A DNA stretch of 64,000 bases from Dehalococcoidia bacterium (GTDB taxonomy: Bacteria > Chloroflexota > Dehalococcoidia > Lucifugimonadales > Australimonadaceae). The notes beneath the pieces were generated by a model, which was given only the letters and a program-made list of their open reading frames with translations, was not told the DNA's origin and made no database searches. The stretch spans positions 5,515 through 69,514 of the forward strand of contig DAOUJX010000060.1 in assembly GCA_034422075.1 (NCBI GenBank). Direction: 5' to 3'. The position numbers were made by a program, and so were the translations under genes. Of this stretch, positions 9,787 to 19,310 are shown piece by piece. The stretch's first letter is position 1. Each line of letters opens with the position of its first letter.

Positions 9787-10314
9787 CTATCGCGCCTGGG
9801 CGGTCCTACGCGACTCCTTGTAGCGGCGGCCCCGGTCAGAAACAGTGCGCTCGGCGGCGAAGGCCATGACCGGGACGCCATACCCGCAGCTGGTGCTCGT
9901 GCGCTCGACGTGGACGGTCACCACCTGCCTCTCCGGCAGTGCGATGCTGGTGGCGGGCGACTCGCGCAAGAGCGGCGCAAGCGGCGATTCGCCGAGCGGG
10001 GCGACGTCGGCGCGCCCGTACAGGCGCACGATGCCCGCGTCCGAGCGCTCAAACGCGCACGCCATCACCGTAATGGGCCCGCCGGCGAGCGAGTGCCGCG
10101 CAGTCTCGTTGCCGCTGCCCACGTAGTCGAGGTAGGCGACACGATGCTCGTCGAGCACGTGGAGCGGCACGCCACCCTTGGGCGATAGGTTGATGGGCCC
10201 GGCACCTTCTGGCCCCTCAGCGAGGCCGGGATCTGCGGTAGCGACGAAGAAGACGCGCGCCTCCTTGATCAGCGCCTCCTGCTCCGGCGTTATGCGGTCG
10301 TAGAAGCTACCCAT
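9787..10314 (-). CDS. Pyridoxamine 5'-phosphate oxidase-like FMN-binding protein
   Basis: 175 aa with a split-barrel family pattern (ARVFFVATAD...INLSPKG...). Confidence 0.7.
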   Translation of the reverse strand: MGSFYDRITPEQEALIKEARVFFVATADPGLAEGPEGAGPINLSPKGGVPLHVLDEHRVAYLDYVGSGNETARHSLAGGPITVMACAFERSDAGIVRLYGRADVAPLGESPLAPLLRESPATSIALPERQVVTVHVERTSTSCGYGVPVMAFAAERTVSDRGRRYKESRRTAQAR

Positions 10315-10327
10315 GGCGCGCCGCAGG

Positions 10328-11650
10328 CTACCCTGCCGCCGAAGCCTCCTTCTCAGCAGCGTCCTCCGCCACTGGGGTGGAGGCAGGGGCGGCGCGGAGG
10401 GCGTCGTCGTCGGGCTCGACGTAGAGGGGGAGTTCCTCCATTCGCGCGCGCGGGGGCGGTGTGTTGTCGCTCACCTTCCACCCCTCCCCGCGTGCGTACT
10501 CGTTGCACATCTGTATCCACAGCCGCGGAAAGAGGTCGGGGCGAAAGAGCGGGGTGGGCCTATGCTGGCCCATGCGTTTCTCGAAGTCGGTGGCGTCGCG
10601 CACCATCGACTTGTCCTGGTCGTTGAAACGACCCTTGCGCATCGGCCCGCCCCATATGTTGTACCAGAGCGTTATCCATAGCCGCTCCACTATGTTCTTG
10701 GGGAAGTGCGCGCTCACCTGCATGTAGAGGTAGTGGTCGGCGTCGATGGCGATATACCACTCGTAATAGACCGCGCCATTCTTGGGGAAGTGGCGTACCC
10801 GCAGGTAGCCTGGCAGGGCGATCCCGATGTACTTGATGCCGTGGACGGAGGTAGAGGTACCCTTCCGCCCACGCCTGTTCGGTGGGGTGCTGAGACGCCA
10901 GGGGCGCCTGGGCGGCCAATGGCCGAGGCCAGGAAATTCCGTGTCCCAACTCAAGTCGCGCGAGGTCTCCAGCAGGTACATCCGCTCGTCGACGGGGCAC
11001 TTCTCCTGGAGCTCGGTCGTGTGCGTGCGATTACCCTGCGCAAGGCGGTGCAAGAGGAGCGCGATAGCGTCGCGGTGGAGCATGAAAAAGTGGGCGCCAG
11101 CGGAGCCCTCGGCATGGTGGCGCCAATTGCCGTAAACCTGGCGATAGCGCACCTTCACCTTGGCATCGGGGCGCAGCAGCAGTGCGGGGATGTCCTCCTC
11201 CAGCGGCACCGGAGCACCACGGCCCATCCAGACATAGACCAAACCGTTGCGCTGCTCCGTCGGGAAGACGCGCAGGCGCACCTTGCCGACAGCGGGCGAG
11301 TTCTCATCGGTCAGCACGGCAACGCACGAGCCGTTCTTGAGATCGAACGTCCAGCCGTGGAAACGGCATGAGAGGGTGTCGGTGCCCGGGAACTCGTCCT
11401 TGCCGAGCGACATGCGCGCGCCGCGATGCGGGCACTCGTCCTGCACGGCGAAGACCTTCTTGCCGCGCCTAACGAAGGCGATGGGCTCGCCCAGCAAAAT
11501 CATGCGCTTGGGCAGTCTGCCAATGACATGCTCGGGGACAGCGGGGTACCAGTAGTTCTTGAAGCCCAGGACAGCCTTGGCGTAAGGGGTTTGGCTGGTG
11601 TCTGTGGCCGCCGACGCAGTGTTCTCCTTGCTCTCGAAGACGGTCGTCAT
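10328..11650 (-). CDS. Rieske [2Fe-2S] domain oxygenase (alpha-subunit-like)
   Basis: Rieske motifs CPHRGARM and CRFHGWTF. The ATG at 11650 has GGGGAGGA 5-8 nt upstream. Confidence 0.8.
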   Translation of the reverse strand: MTTVFESKENTASAATDTSQTPYAKAVLGFKNYWYPAVPEHVIGRLPKRMILLGEPIAFVRRGKKVFAVQDECPHRGARMSLGKDEFPGTDTLSCRFHGWTFDLKNGSCVAVLTDENSPAVGKVRLRVFPTEQRNGLVYVWMGRGAPVPLEEDIPALLLRPDAKVKVRYRQVYGNWRHHAEGSAGAHFFMLHRDAIALLLHRLAQGNRTHTTELQEKCPVDERMYLLETSRDLSWDTEFPGLGHWPPRRPWRLSTPPNRRGRKGTSTSVHGIKYIGIALPGYLRVRHFPKNGAVYYEWYIAIDADHYLYMQVSAHFPKNIVERLWITLWYNIWGGPMRKGRFNDQDKSMVRDATDFEKRMGQHRPTPLFRPDLFPRLWIQMCNEYARGEGWKVSDNTPPPRARMEELPLYVEPDDDALRAAPASTPVAEDAAEKEASAAG

Positions 11651-11732
11651 CGCATCCTCCCCGTGATGCTCGTTGGTGCGTGGCGTCACAATAGTAGCGC
11701 CGCCGCGCATCGTCAAGCGCCGGAGGCGCGCC

Positions 11733-13016
11733 CTACGTCCTGTACCGCGCCGGCGCCGGGGGCCTGCGCGCGAGCAGGAAGAACAGGGTGCCCATACCCG
11801 TCAGCGTCCCCAACGTCAGGAAGGCGATGGTGTAGGCGCCGGTTGCGTCGAAGACGGCACCGGCAATCAGCGGGCCGCTCAGTGTGCCCAGCTGCACCAC
11901 CAGCGACGATGTGCCCATCACTTTGGCAAAGTTGCGGCGCCCGTAGTAGTCGGCGCGAATCGCCGTCATCAGCGGGCCGCGCGCACCCCAGGCAACCGCA
12001 TGCAGCACCACCGCCAGGAAGATCATCGGCGTTGCCTGGCTCAGTGCCAGCAGCACCATTCCCGAAGCGTGGCCCAGCATGCACGCCGCCGCGATCCCGC
12101 GCTTTGAGTAGCGGTCGCCCAGGAATCCCCCGCTCAGCTGTCCGATGGTGCTCACCAAGGTCATCACCGGCACCATCGCGCCCGCCGCCACTAGCGACCA
12201 GCCGATGTCCGTGAGGTGCGGGATGAGGTGAACCTGCATGCTGGAAACGACCAGGAGCGCGAAGCCATGGCCCAACGAAATCAGCCAGAACGACGGGTCG
12301 CGCATCGCCTCGCGCAGCGTGAAGTCGATGTCGCTGAACTCAACCCTTGACGCGTGCGACCCGAGCGCTGGCTTGTTCTGCTCGCTCGGGTCGCGGCCGT
12401 CGGGCAGTTGTCCGCGGTCCTCGGGTCGGTGAACGAACAGGCGCGATATCGGCACGCCGACACAGATGAGAACGATGCCGGCGACGATGAAGGTCCAGCG
12501 CCAGCCGGCAGAATCGAGCAGCCAGGCGATGCCGAGCGCGATGACGCCGCCGAAGCCGAGACCGGTCTGCGCGATACCCATCGCTTGGGCGCGCTTGCGG
12601 ATGAACCAGTTGGCCACCGACGTGTTCAGGGTCAGGAAGCCGCCAAGGCTCCCGCCGATCGCGACGATGAGGAAGGCGATGTAGAAGTGGACGATGTTCT
12701 GCATTGCCGCCATCATCAGGAAGCCAACGCCGGTGAGCAGCGAACCTATCCAGATGATGCGCATCGGCCCGTAGCGGTCGACCCAGTAGCCCTGCAGTGG
12801 CCCAAGCAGTCCGCTCTCGATGCGTGAGAGGGAGAACGCGCCCGCTATTGCCGTGCGCGACCAGCCGAAATGTATCTCGAGCCTATCGACGTACGCGCCA
12901 AATGAGAGAAAGACGAAGGAGGACTGGATGCTCATCTGCACCCACGTCCCCATGACGATCCACCAGCCGTGAAAGATGCGTTGCCGCACCGGCCTGGAGG
13001 AGGGGGAATGGCTCAT
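11733..13016 (-). CDS. MFS transporter
   Basis: About 12 hydrophobic segments. Start at the ATG at 13016 avoids overlap with rbsK. The longer ORF N-terminus is low-complexity. Confidence 0.8.
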   Translation of the reverse strand: MSHSPSSRPVRQRIFHGWWIVMGTWVQMSIQSSFVFLSFGAYVDRLEIHFGWSRTAIAGAFSLSRIESGLLGPLQGYWVDRYGPMRIIWIGSLLTGVGFLMMAAMQNIVHFYIAFLIVAIGGSLGGFLTLNTSVANWFIRKRAQAMGIAQTGLGFGGVIALGIAWLLDSAGWRWTFIVAGIVLICVGVPISRLFVHRPEDRGQLPDGRDPSEQNKPALGSHASRVEFSDIDFTLREAMRDPSFWLISLGHGFALLVVSSMQVHLIPHLTDIGWSLVAAGAMVPVMTLVSTIGQLSGGFLGDRYSKRGIAAACMLGHASGMVLLALSQATPMIFLAVVLHAVAWGARGPLMTAIRADYYGRRNFAKVMGTSSLVVQLGTLSGPLIAGAVFDATGAYTIAFLTLGTLTGMGTLFFLLARRPPAPARYRT

Positions 13017-13107
13017 AGGGAAAGCCCATGCTACCACGCGGCAGTTAGGGCGGACTCCATGACCCACACGCCTGATGGGCTCTGCCGCGCTGTCGTAGGA
13101 TTGCGGC

Positions 13108-14040
13108 ATGACAGCTTCGCCCTCCCCTCGAATCGCCGTGCTGGGCGCGGTAAACATGGACCTCGTCGTCTCGCTGGCGCGGCTGCCGGAGAGCGGTGAG
13201 ACGCTGCTCGGCGATACGTTCGTCACCACGCCGGGCGGCAAGGGCGCCAACCAGGCCGTTGCCGCCGCCCGCATGGGCGCGCACGCGGCGTTCGCGGGAC
13301 GCGTCGGCAGCGACCCCTACGGGCCCGAGCTGCGAACCGCGCTTCGCACCGAAGGCATCGACACCGCCTTGCTCTTCACCGACCGTGGCGCTGCATCAGG
13401 CGTCGCTCTCATCACCGTGGCCACGGGCGGTGCAAACACCATCATCGCCGTGCCCGGTGCCAACGAGCGATGCGATGCGTCTGACGTCGAGCGCCTTCGG
13501 CCCGCCCTAGCCGAGTCGGACATGTTGTTGCTGCAACTCGAGCTGCCGACGGCGACGAGCCTCGCCGCTGCACGCGTCGCGCGCGAGATGGGGGTGCCGG
13601 TGCTGCTTGACCCCGCGCCCGTACGTCCGCTCCCGCCGGAGGCGTACACGCTCGCCGACGTGATGACGCCCAACGAGACGGAGGCGTCCAGCCTGCTCGG
13701 TACCGAGGTGCACGACTCCGACTCAGGCGTCGCGGCAGCAGCGGCGCTGGTCGAGCGCGGCGTGCCAACGGCCATCGTCACGCTCGGAGAGCAGGGCGCG
13801 GCGTATGCGACGCTAGGCGGCGATTGCGTCCACCTCCCAGCGCACGCAATCGAGGCGGTGGACAGCGTAGCATCGGGCGACGCGTTTGCGGGTGCGCTCG
13901 CCGTTGCCCTCGCGGAAGGCCGTCCGCTGGATGAGGCGATGCGCTGGGGCATGGCCGCCGGCGCCCTCTGCGCCACCGTCCCCGGCGCTCAGGCCGCGAT
14001 GCCGCGCAGGGATGCGGTGCTGCAACTCGTGGAAGGCTAG
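13108..14040 (+). CDS. rbsK: Ribokinase
   Basis: PfkB family motifs GGKGANQAVAAARMG and DSVASGDAFAGAL. Confidence 0.85.
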   Translation: MTASPSPRIAVLGAVNMDLVVSLARLPESGETLLGDTFVTTPGGKGANQAVAAARMGAHAAFAGRVGSDPYGPELRTALRTEGIDTALLFTDRGAASGVALITVATGGANTIIAVPGANERCDASDVERLRPALAESDMLLLQLELPTATSLAAARVAREMGVPVLLDPAPVRPLPPEAYTLADVMTPNETEASSLLGTEVHDSDSGVAAAAALVERGVPTAIVTLGEQGAAYATLGGDCVHLPAHAIEAVDSVASGDAFAGALAVALAEGRPLDEAMRWGMAAGALCATVPGAQAAMPRRDAVLQLVEG

Positions 14041-14098
14041 GAACCGTGCGTACCTTGTACCGCGCACAAAGGCTGCGGTAGGCTGCGCCGAGAGCACC

Positions 14099-14734
14099 GT
14101 GACGAACGCCGCGCCCCAAACCCTTGCGCCAGGCATCGTTGCGCTCGACGGCGAGCGTTTCGAGGTGGCACTGGACGCACACAAGGGTTTGCTCGATCGC
14201 CCTGCGGGACCCGGCGGGCTCACGCTCACCACGCACCGCGCAATTCGCCCCAGTTCGAGCGGGCAGCGCACCATCGTCATGGCGCTTTCCCTCCACGACG
14301 TCGGTAGCGCCGAACTGATCGAGCGCTCCGACCTCGCCAAAGGTCTGGCGCAGGCCGGGGCGCTTTTCGCCGCTGCCGCAGTGCTCGGCGGCCTTTCGTG
14401 GCTGGTGTTCGAGGCGGCGCTCTTTACCGTGCCCCTCGCGGGCATCCCCATCTTCATGGCAATCTTCATCCTCTCCGAGCACCTGCTGGGGGGGTCGAAG
14501 AGCGAGCTGCTGCTTTACACGGCGGGTGCGGTCCTGCGTCAACCATTGTTGAGCGGCACGGCGCGGCGCGACGCCCCCGCCATGCTCCACCGGCTGTTCT
14601 CCCTGAAGCACGGCATCGAGCCGGAAGAGCCGCCCGCGGCGACGCCTGTGGCCGTCCTGCGCGATACGCCGGTTGCGACGGCGCCCTTCGGCTGGACGCC
14701 CGTCCCACCGCTAGAGCGCACGCTGCCGGCCTAG
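14099..14734 (+). CDS. Hypothetical membrane protein
   Basis: Open frame with two clear hydrophobic helices (ALFAAAAVLGGLSWLVF, VPLAGIPIFMAIFIL). The start (GTG at 14099) is uncertain. Confidence 0.4.
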   Translation: MTNAAPQTLAPGIVALDGERFEVALDAHKGLLDRPAGPGGLTLTTHRAIRPSSSGQRTIVMALSLHDVGSAELIERSDLAKGLAQAGALFAAAAVLGGLSWLVFEAALFTVPLAGIPIFMAIFILSEHLLGGSKSELLLYTAGAVLRQPLLSGTARRDAPAMLHRLFSLKHGIEPEEPPAATPVAVLRDTPVATAPFGWTPVPPLERTLPA

Positions 14735-16213
14735 CATCCGTCCCCGCAGCACAGCTGAGGGCAGGAGCGCGGCGAGCAGCAGCCCCAGCGATATTCGGAA
14801 GAAGTCCTGGAAGAGCGCGATGCTAGCGTGGGAGATCTCCGACTGGTAGACGTCGAGCCGCGCCTCGTAGTCCGATGCACTGAGGTCGGTCGAGGGCAGC
14901 GGCAGGTGCAGGCCGGCCGTCGCCTCCTCGAATTCACCGACTCCCCACGCTGCCAGCGTCGCCATGCCGAACGTCATCCCCACCATGCGCGCCGCCATCA
15001 CCAGCGAGGCCGACGTCGCCTGGTACTCCGCCGTCGCCGCGTCCATCGCCGTCACGAAGACGGGCGCTATCACCAGCCCGAAGCCTAGGCCCGCCGTCGC
15101 CAGGTGCAGCGTCATGACGGGGTCGGCGATATCGGCCGTCCACCCGCTCATCAAGAAGACGCCGGCGGCGGCGACCATCAACCCCACAATCGTGACCGGC
15201 CGCTCGCCGATGCGGGAGGCGAGATAGCCGCCGGCGAGCGCCCCTATCGGCATCGCGCCCGTCATCCGCATCAGCTGCAGGCCGCCCTCAAGCGGAGTAC
15301 GGCCCAGCGCCGTGTTCGCCATCAGCGGCACGGTCACCATTGCCATGATGAGCGACGCGCCGACCAAGAACTTCACCAGCAGAGCGGCCAGCGCCTGTCG
15401 CGAGCGGAAGAACGACGGCGGCAGCATGGGCTGCATGGCGCGCCGCTCCACCAGCACGAGCGCACCTGCAATCAGCGCCCCCACGCCCAAGAGCGCGAAC
15501 GGCAGCGGTGAAGAAGCGTCGAACACCGACTCCTGCGCCGTCGCGTAGACCAGCAGCGTCAAACCGGCGACGAGCAGTGCGCCCCCAGCGTAGTCCATGC
15601 GCGCGCCGGACACCCGCGCAGACGAAAAGCCGCGCAGCGCCCAGATGAGTAGGACCGCCTGCGGCACGTCGAGCCAGAAGACCCAGCGCCAGCCGAGCAA
15701 CTCTGTTATCACGCCGCCGTAGAGTGGGCCGAGCACCATGCCCGCCTCCGCGCACGCGCCGATAACGCCGACGGCGATGGCCCGTCGCGTGCCCGGGAAC
15801 GCCTGGACGGCCATCGCCATGCCCACGGGGATGGTCGCGCCGCCGCCGAGCGCCTGCACGACGCGCGCCCCAATCAGCCACGACAGGTCCGGCGCGAGCG
15901 CAGCCGCCAGCGAGCCTGCGCCAAAGATGAGCAGCGATATGCGGAAGAGCCGCGCGTGACCGTGGATGTCCGCCAGCCGCGCCGTGAGCGGTATGGCCGC
16001 CGTAAAGCCCAGCAGATATGCCGTAATGATCCACGCGGCGCGGTCCAGCTCGGTCGGAGCAACTTTCAGGCCGACCATCACCTCCGGCAGTACCGTGACG
16101 ACGACCGTCTGGTCGAGCGCCGCCGTCAGCACCGCCCCGCTGACGATGGCCAGCGGCGTCCACGCGCGCAGCGTGTCGCGTAGGGTGGGTGTAGCGCTCG
16201 GGACGCCGCCCAT
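14711..16213 (-). CDS. MFS drug/lipid efflux transporter, 14-TMS DHA2-like (P55/Rv1410c-like context)
   Basis: 500 aa with about 14 hydrophobic segments and DHA2-type N-terminal motifs. Lies immediately downstream of an LprG-like lipoprotein gene. Confidence 0.85.
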   Translation of the reverse strand: MGGVPSATPTLRDTLRAWTPLAIVSGAVLTAALDQTVVVTVLPEVMVGLKVAPTELDRAAWIITAYLLGFTAAIPLTARLADIHGHARLFRISLLIFGAGSLAAALAPDLSWLIGARVVQALGGGATIPVGMAMAVQAFPGTRRAIAVGVIGACAEAGMVLGPLYGGVITELLGWRWVFWLDVPQAVLLIWALRGFSSARVSGARMDYAGGALLVAGLTLLVYATAQESVFDASSPLPFALLGVGALIAGALVLVERRAMQPMLPPSFFRSRQALAALLVKFLVGASLIMAMVTVPLMANTALGRTPLEGGLQLMRMTGAMPIGALAGGYLASRIGERPVTIVGLMVAAAGVFLMSGWTADIADPVMTLHLATAGLGFGLVIAPVFVTAMDAATAEYQATSASLVMAARMVGMTFGMATLAAWGVGEFEEATAGLHLPLPSTDLSASDYEARLDVYQSEISHASIALFQDFFRISLGLLLAALLPSAVLRGRMLGRQRAL

Positions 16214-16219
16214 CGGTTG

Positions 16220-16921
16220 CTACTCCAACGGTTGCGCTTGGTCGAACGCCGTAAAGGTCAGGATGCGCACGACCGGCGAGGGATCGTTGGTCAGCACGCT
16301 CCCCTCGATGCGCACGCGGCGCACGAGGCTATCGCTGCCCACCCAGACCTCGATGCGGGGCGTCAACGCCGCATCCGCGCCCCGGATGAGCGGCTGTATC
16401 GCCTCGCCCCCGACGCTACCTGCGATGCCGCGGGAGGCGACGCCGTCGAGCGCGTGTGTATCGGTATATGCCGGCTCCTGAAGCGCGAGCAGGATGCCGC
16501 CAAGCGTGTCTCCCAGGTCGTGCAGGTTGAAGGGCAACTCGCTCGCCGCTACGGGCAATAGTACGCCGGAGAGCGGGTCGGTCATCGCCGCGTCGTCGCC
16601 ATCGACGCGGATCTCCATTTCGATGAAGGCGTTGATCGCGCTGACCCTCGCCTCCACCTGCACCGAAGCACGGTCGGGGAGATGGACGCTGCCTTCCGCT
16701 TGCTGCAGCTCGATGCCTGCAAAGAGCGGCGTATGCCCCTCCTCGTGCGTTAGCGTGAACTCGACGGAGGTGAGCTCGCTCATACGCGCCGCCGCGTCGG
16801 CAAGACGCTCCGACGGCGGCTGCTCCGCTGATTCTGTGGCGCTATCCTCTCCGCACGCCGCCGCAACGGCCGCGAGCACCAGAAGCAGCGGGGCGGCGGT
16901 GAGCGCCTGGACCATTCGCAT
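16220..16921 (-). CDS. LppX/LprAFG-family lipoprotein (LprG-like)
   Basis: Signal peptide plus lipobox (LAAVAAAC-G). About 230 aa. Overall pattern resembles the lipid-binding LprG family. 6 nt upstream of the MFS gene. Confidence 0.65.
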   Translation of the reverse strand: MRMVQALTAAPLLLVLAAVAAACGEDSATESAEQPPSERLADAAARMSELTSVEFTLTHEEGHTPLFAGIELQQAEGSVHLPDRASVQVEARVSAINAFIEMEIRVDGDDAAMTDPLSGVLLPVAASELPFNLHDLGDTLGGILLALQEPAYTDTHALDGVASRGIAGSVGGEAIQPLIRGADAALTPRIEVWVGSDSLVRRVRIEGSVLTNDPSPVVRILTFTAFDQAQPLE

Positions 16922-17243
16922 CGCGCGGCAACCCTACCAACGCTCCCCCCGCACCACAAGGCGGCTAGGCGGCGTTGGACGTGCGGGTCCTATGCCAGGA
17001 CCGTGCGGTAGGCGCGAAGCAGACCCTGCATCCGGCACGCACCTCGGCGGCGCCCCACTCGCAGTCGGTTGCGCACAGCGACGCTACAGGGAGTGCGGAG
17101 GCGAAGTGCGCCGCCGCGCCCCTATGGGCAGAGGGCCAGTGGGTCGCTCAGCAGGCGCTCTACGTGCGCCTGCTCGGGCGCTAGCGGCCTTCGCAGAGAA
17201 AAGCTCTCTTGATCCAAGAATCCCGCTGCTGTTGCAAGACGCC

Positions 17244-17256
17244 GGGGGGGGGGGGG
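17244..17256. repeat. G13 homopolymer tract
   Basis: 13 consecutive G counted directly, followed by AATTGCCCTC. Intergenic, 63 nt beyond the stop of the 74-aa gene. Confidence 0.95.
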
Positions 17257-17318
17257 AATTGCCCTCAGGTGCGCTGTCTATGGGCGGCGGAGTCGGCCGT
17301 CGAGTTCAGGCTTATGGG

Positions 17319-17543
17319 CTAGTACGTGAAGAAGTAGACATACCATGTGGCGACCTCAGGGCCGTCACCACCCTCACCCGATTCGCACCCATGTCTCGTG
17401 GCCGCTCGATTCTCGGCCCCTTGCGCCGCCGTCTTGGTGGAGTGCAGGCTTATGACCTGCCAGTCCTGCAACGTTGGGTGCTGGCTCTCCCAGTACCTCC
17501 TCCGCGCTTCCATGTCCGTAGTGATTCCAACTCGACATGCCAT
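17319..17543 (-). CDS. Small conserved hypothetical protein (74 aa)
   Basis: Compact ORF MACRVGITTD...RRRYWESQHP...TKTAAQGAENR...WYVYFFTY. Resembles a widespread small protein family of unknown function; the family is not named with certainty. Confidence 0.5.
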   Translation of the reverse strand: MACRVGITTDMEARRRYWESQHPTLQDWQVISLHSTKTAAQGAENRAATRHGCESGEGGDGPEVATWYVYFFTY

Positions 17544-17688
17544 TTGGCGTACCCCCTTACGGGTTGCGGGCCGCCCGCATTGCGGGCCCGCCTTGGATGG
17601 GCTTAGTGCAGGCTACTACCTTGGCAGTCGTTCCAACAAGGAATGGCCATTAGCGGGTGGGTAAAGGGGCTTGCACAAACCCATTCGG

Positions 17689-17716
17689 GTTCCGGCTTTC
17701 GCGGGAATGACGAAGG
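17689..17716. repeat. REP-like hairpin family copy (GTTCCGGC-TTTC-GCGGGAAT + GACGAAG)
   Basis: Imperfect stem-loop with the family tail GGAATGACGAAG. Intergenic. Confidence 0.5.
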
Positions 17717-17820
17717 AACACGCCCGGGTGACCAAGAGGCAGGCCATGCGGGGTGCTGCACGATTGCGTTCACGGGCGCGGCGAGGATGCGGCGGCAGCG
17801 CTCTGGGGCGCCGGAGAGCG

Positions 17821-18246
17821 CTAGTCGAGGCTGAGCCCCTCGGCGCCCTTGGCAAGGCGGTCGGCGTGCGTGCGTTCCGCGCGCGCCAGCGTCTCGAACC
17901 ACACCGCCAGCTCGTCGAAGCCCTCGTCGCGCGCTGTCTTGGCAAAGCCGGGGTACAACTCCGTGTACTCGTACGTCTCGCCCTCGATGGCCGACTTGAG
18001 GTTGGCCTCGGTGGTGCCGATCGGCCCGCCCGTGACCGGATCACCGGTCTCCCTCAGGAAGTCAAGGTGCCCAAAGGCGTGGTCCGTATCGGCCTCAGAG
18101 AGGTCGCGGAAGAGGGCGCCGATCTCCGGGTGGCCCTCGATGTCCGCGCGGCGCGCGAAGTAGAGGTATCGGCGGTTGGCCTCCGCCTCGCGCGCAAAGG
18201 CGCTCTTCAGGTTCTCGAAGCTCTGCGTCCCTTCTAGGCTTGCCAT
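17821..18246 (-). CDS. Rubrerythrin-family ferritin-like protein (no rubredoxin domain)
   Basis: Di-iron ExxH motifs ([30 protein letters not shown]). 141 aa. Confidence 0.85.
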   Translation of the reverse strand: MASLEGTQSFENLKSAFAREAEANRRYLYFARRADIEGHPEIGALFRDLSEADTDHAFGHLDFLRETGDPVTGGPIGTTEANLKSAIEGETYEYTELYPGFAKTARDEGFDELAVWFETLARAERTHADRLAKGAEGLSLD

Positions 18247-18415
18247 CTCTCTGCCCTCTTTGGTCGCGATTGCGGAACATCCCCTACGCTGCCGCGACCG
18301 GCGCCGCGGCGCTCCGCGTCGGCGATGGGGTCATTGCGGGGAATCGTACCGCGTGAAGATAGGCGCAGCCGCGAATGGTGTCAATCGCGCGTGTATCGGC
18401 GCGCTTTGGGGCGCG

Positions 18416-19309
18416 CTAGAGTGCGGCGCGCAGCGCTTCCGCCAGCTCCGTTGCCGTCACGTAGCCCTCGAAACGGGCGGCAATACGGGCGTCGCGGCCT
18501 AGGAGGTACACCCACGACTCGTTCGTCCAGTGGGGGATGCCGGTGAAGCCCCAGCGCTCCACCAGCGGCGAGTAGACGGCGCGCGTAAGGTCGCCCTGGA
18601 TGTCGGCGGGATTGTCGTAAACCTCGACGTGGATGAAGTTGGCCTGCTCTCCGAACTCCTCGCGCACCTCCGACACGGTGTCGACCTGCGGGCCGCACGT
18701 CGGACTCGTGCAAAGGGCGGGCGTCGCGAAGACGATGAGCGACGGCTTGTCCGATATCACCGCATCGCCGATGGTCGTTGTGTAGAGTTGCGGGTCCGGC
18801 GTCGGGTCGCTGGTGAGCTCGGCGATGTCCTCGACGTCCTCCAACGTGCGGTTGTTGGCGAAGGGCGGGAGCGCGCCGACGTCGACGACGCTACTCTCTT
18901 CCGCGACCTCGACAACAGCGCGCGCAGGCGCCACGGCATCGTCCGCCGCAACGATATCGAGTTGCCAGCGCCCCGGCTGATCGAAGGCTATGTCGCCCGA
19001 GTAGGCCCCGCGCACGCCGAAGGGCCACCCGTGGAACGTCGTCTCGGCGGTGACCGTCTTGCCGTCGCCGTCGAGGTGGGTCGCCGTGACCGTCGCGCTG
19101 GGGGCGCGCACGATGTCCTGGCCGGTCACCAGCAAGAACGAAATGCGCTGCGATCCCTCGCGCAGGACGGTGGTGGCGAAGAGCGCCTCGGCGTCGGCGA
19201 TTTGGGGCGGCGGCGTTGACGTTGGGGTGGGCGGCGGCGCGGCGCACGCTCCCAGTAGCGCGGCAAGCGCGAGGAGCAGGGCAGCGGCGGTGGCGCAGCG
19301 GCCGCTCAT
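18416..19309 (-). CDS. Thioredoxin-fold lipoprotein (single CxxxxC: CTSPTC)
   Basis: Signal peptide plus lipobox (LLGAC), PT linker, and a C-terminal Trx-like region with FATPALCTSPTCGP. The ATG at 19309 abuts the stop of the upstream gene. Confidence 0.65.
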   Translation of the reverse strand: MSGRCATAAALLLALAALLGACAAPPPTPTSTPPPQIADAEALFATTVLREGSQRISFLLVTGQDIVRAPSATVTATHLDGDGKTVTAETTFHGWPFGVRGAYSGDIAFDQPGRWQLDIVAADDAVAPARAVVEVAEESSVVDVGALPPFANNRTLEDVEDIAELTSDPTPDPQLYTTTIGDAVISDKPSLIVFATPALCTSPTCGPQVDTVSEVREEFGEQANFIHVEVYDNPADIQGDLTRAVYSPLVERWGFTGIPHWTNESWVYLLGRDARIAARFEGYVTATELAEALRAAL

Positions 19310-19310
19310 G

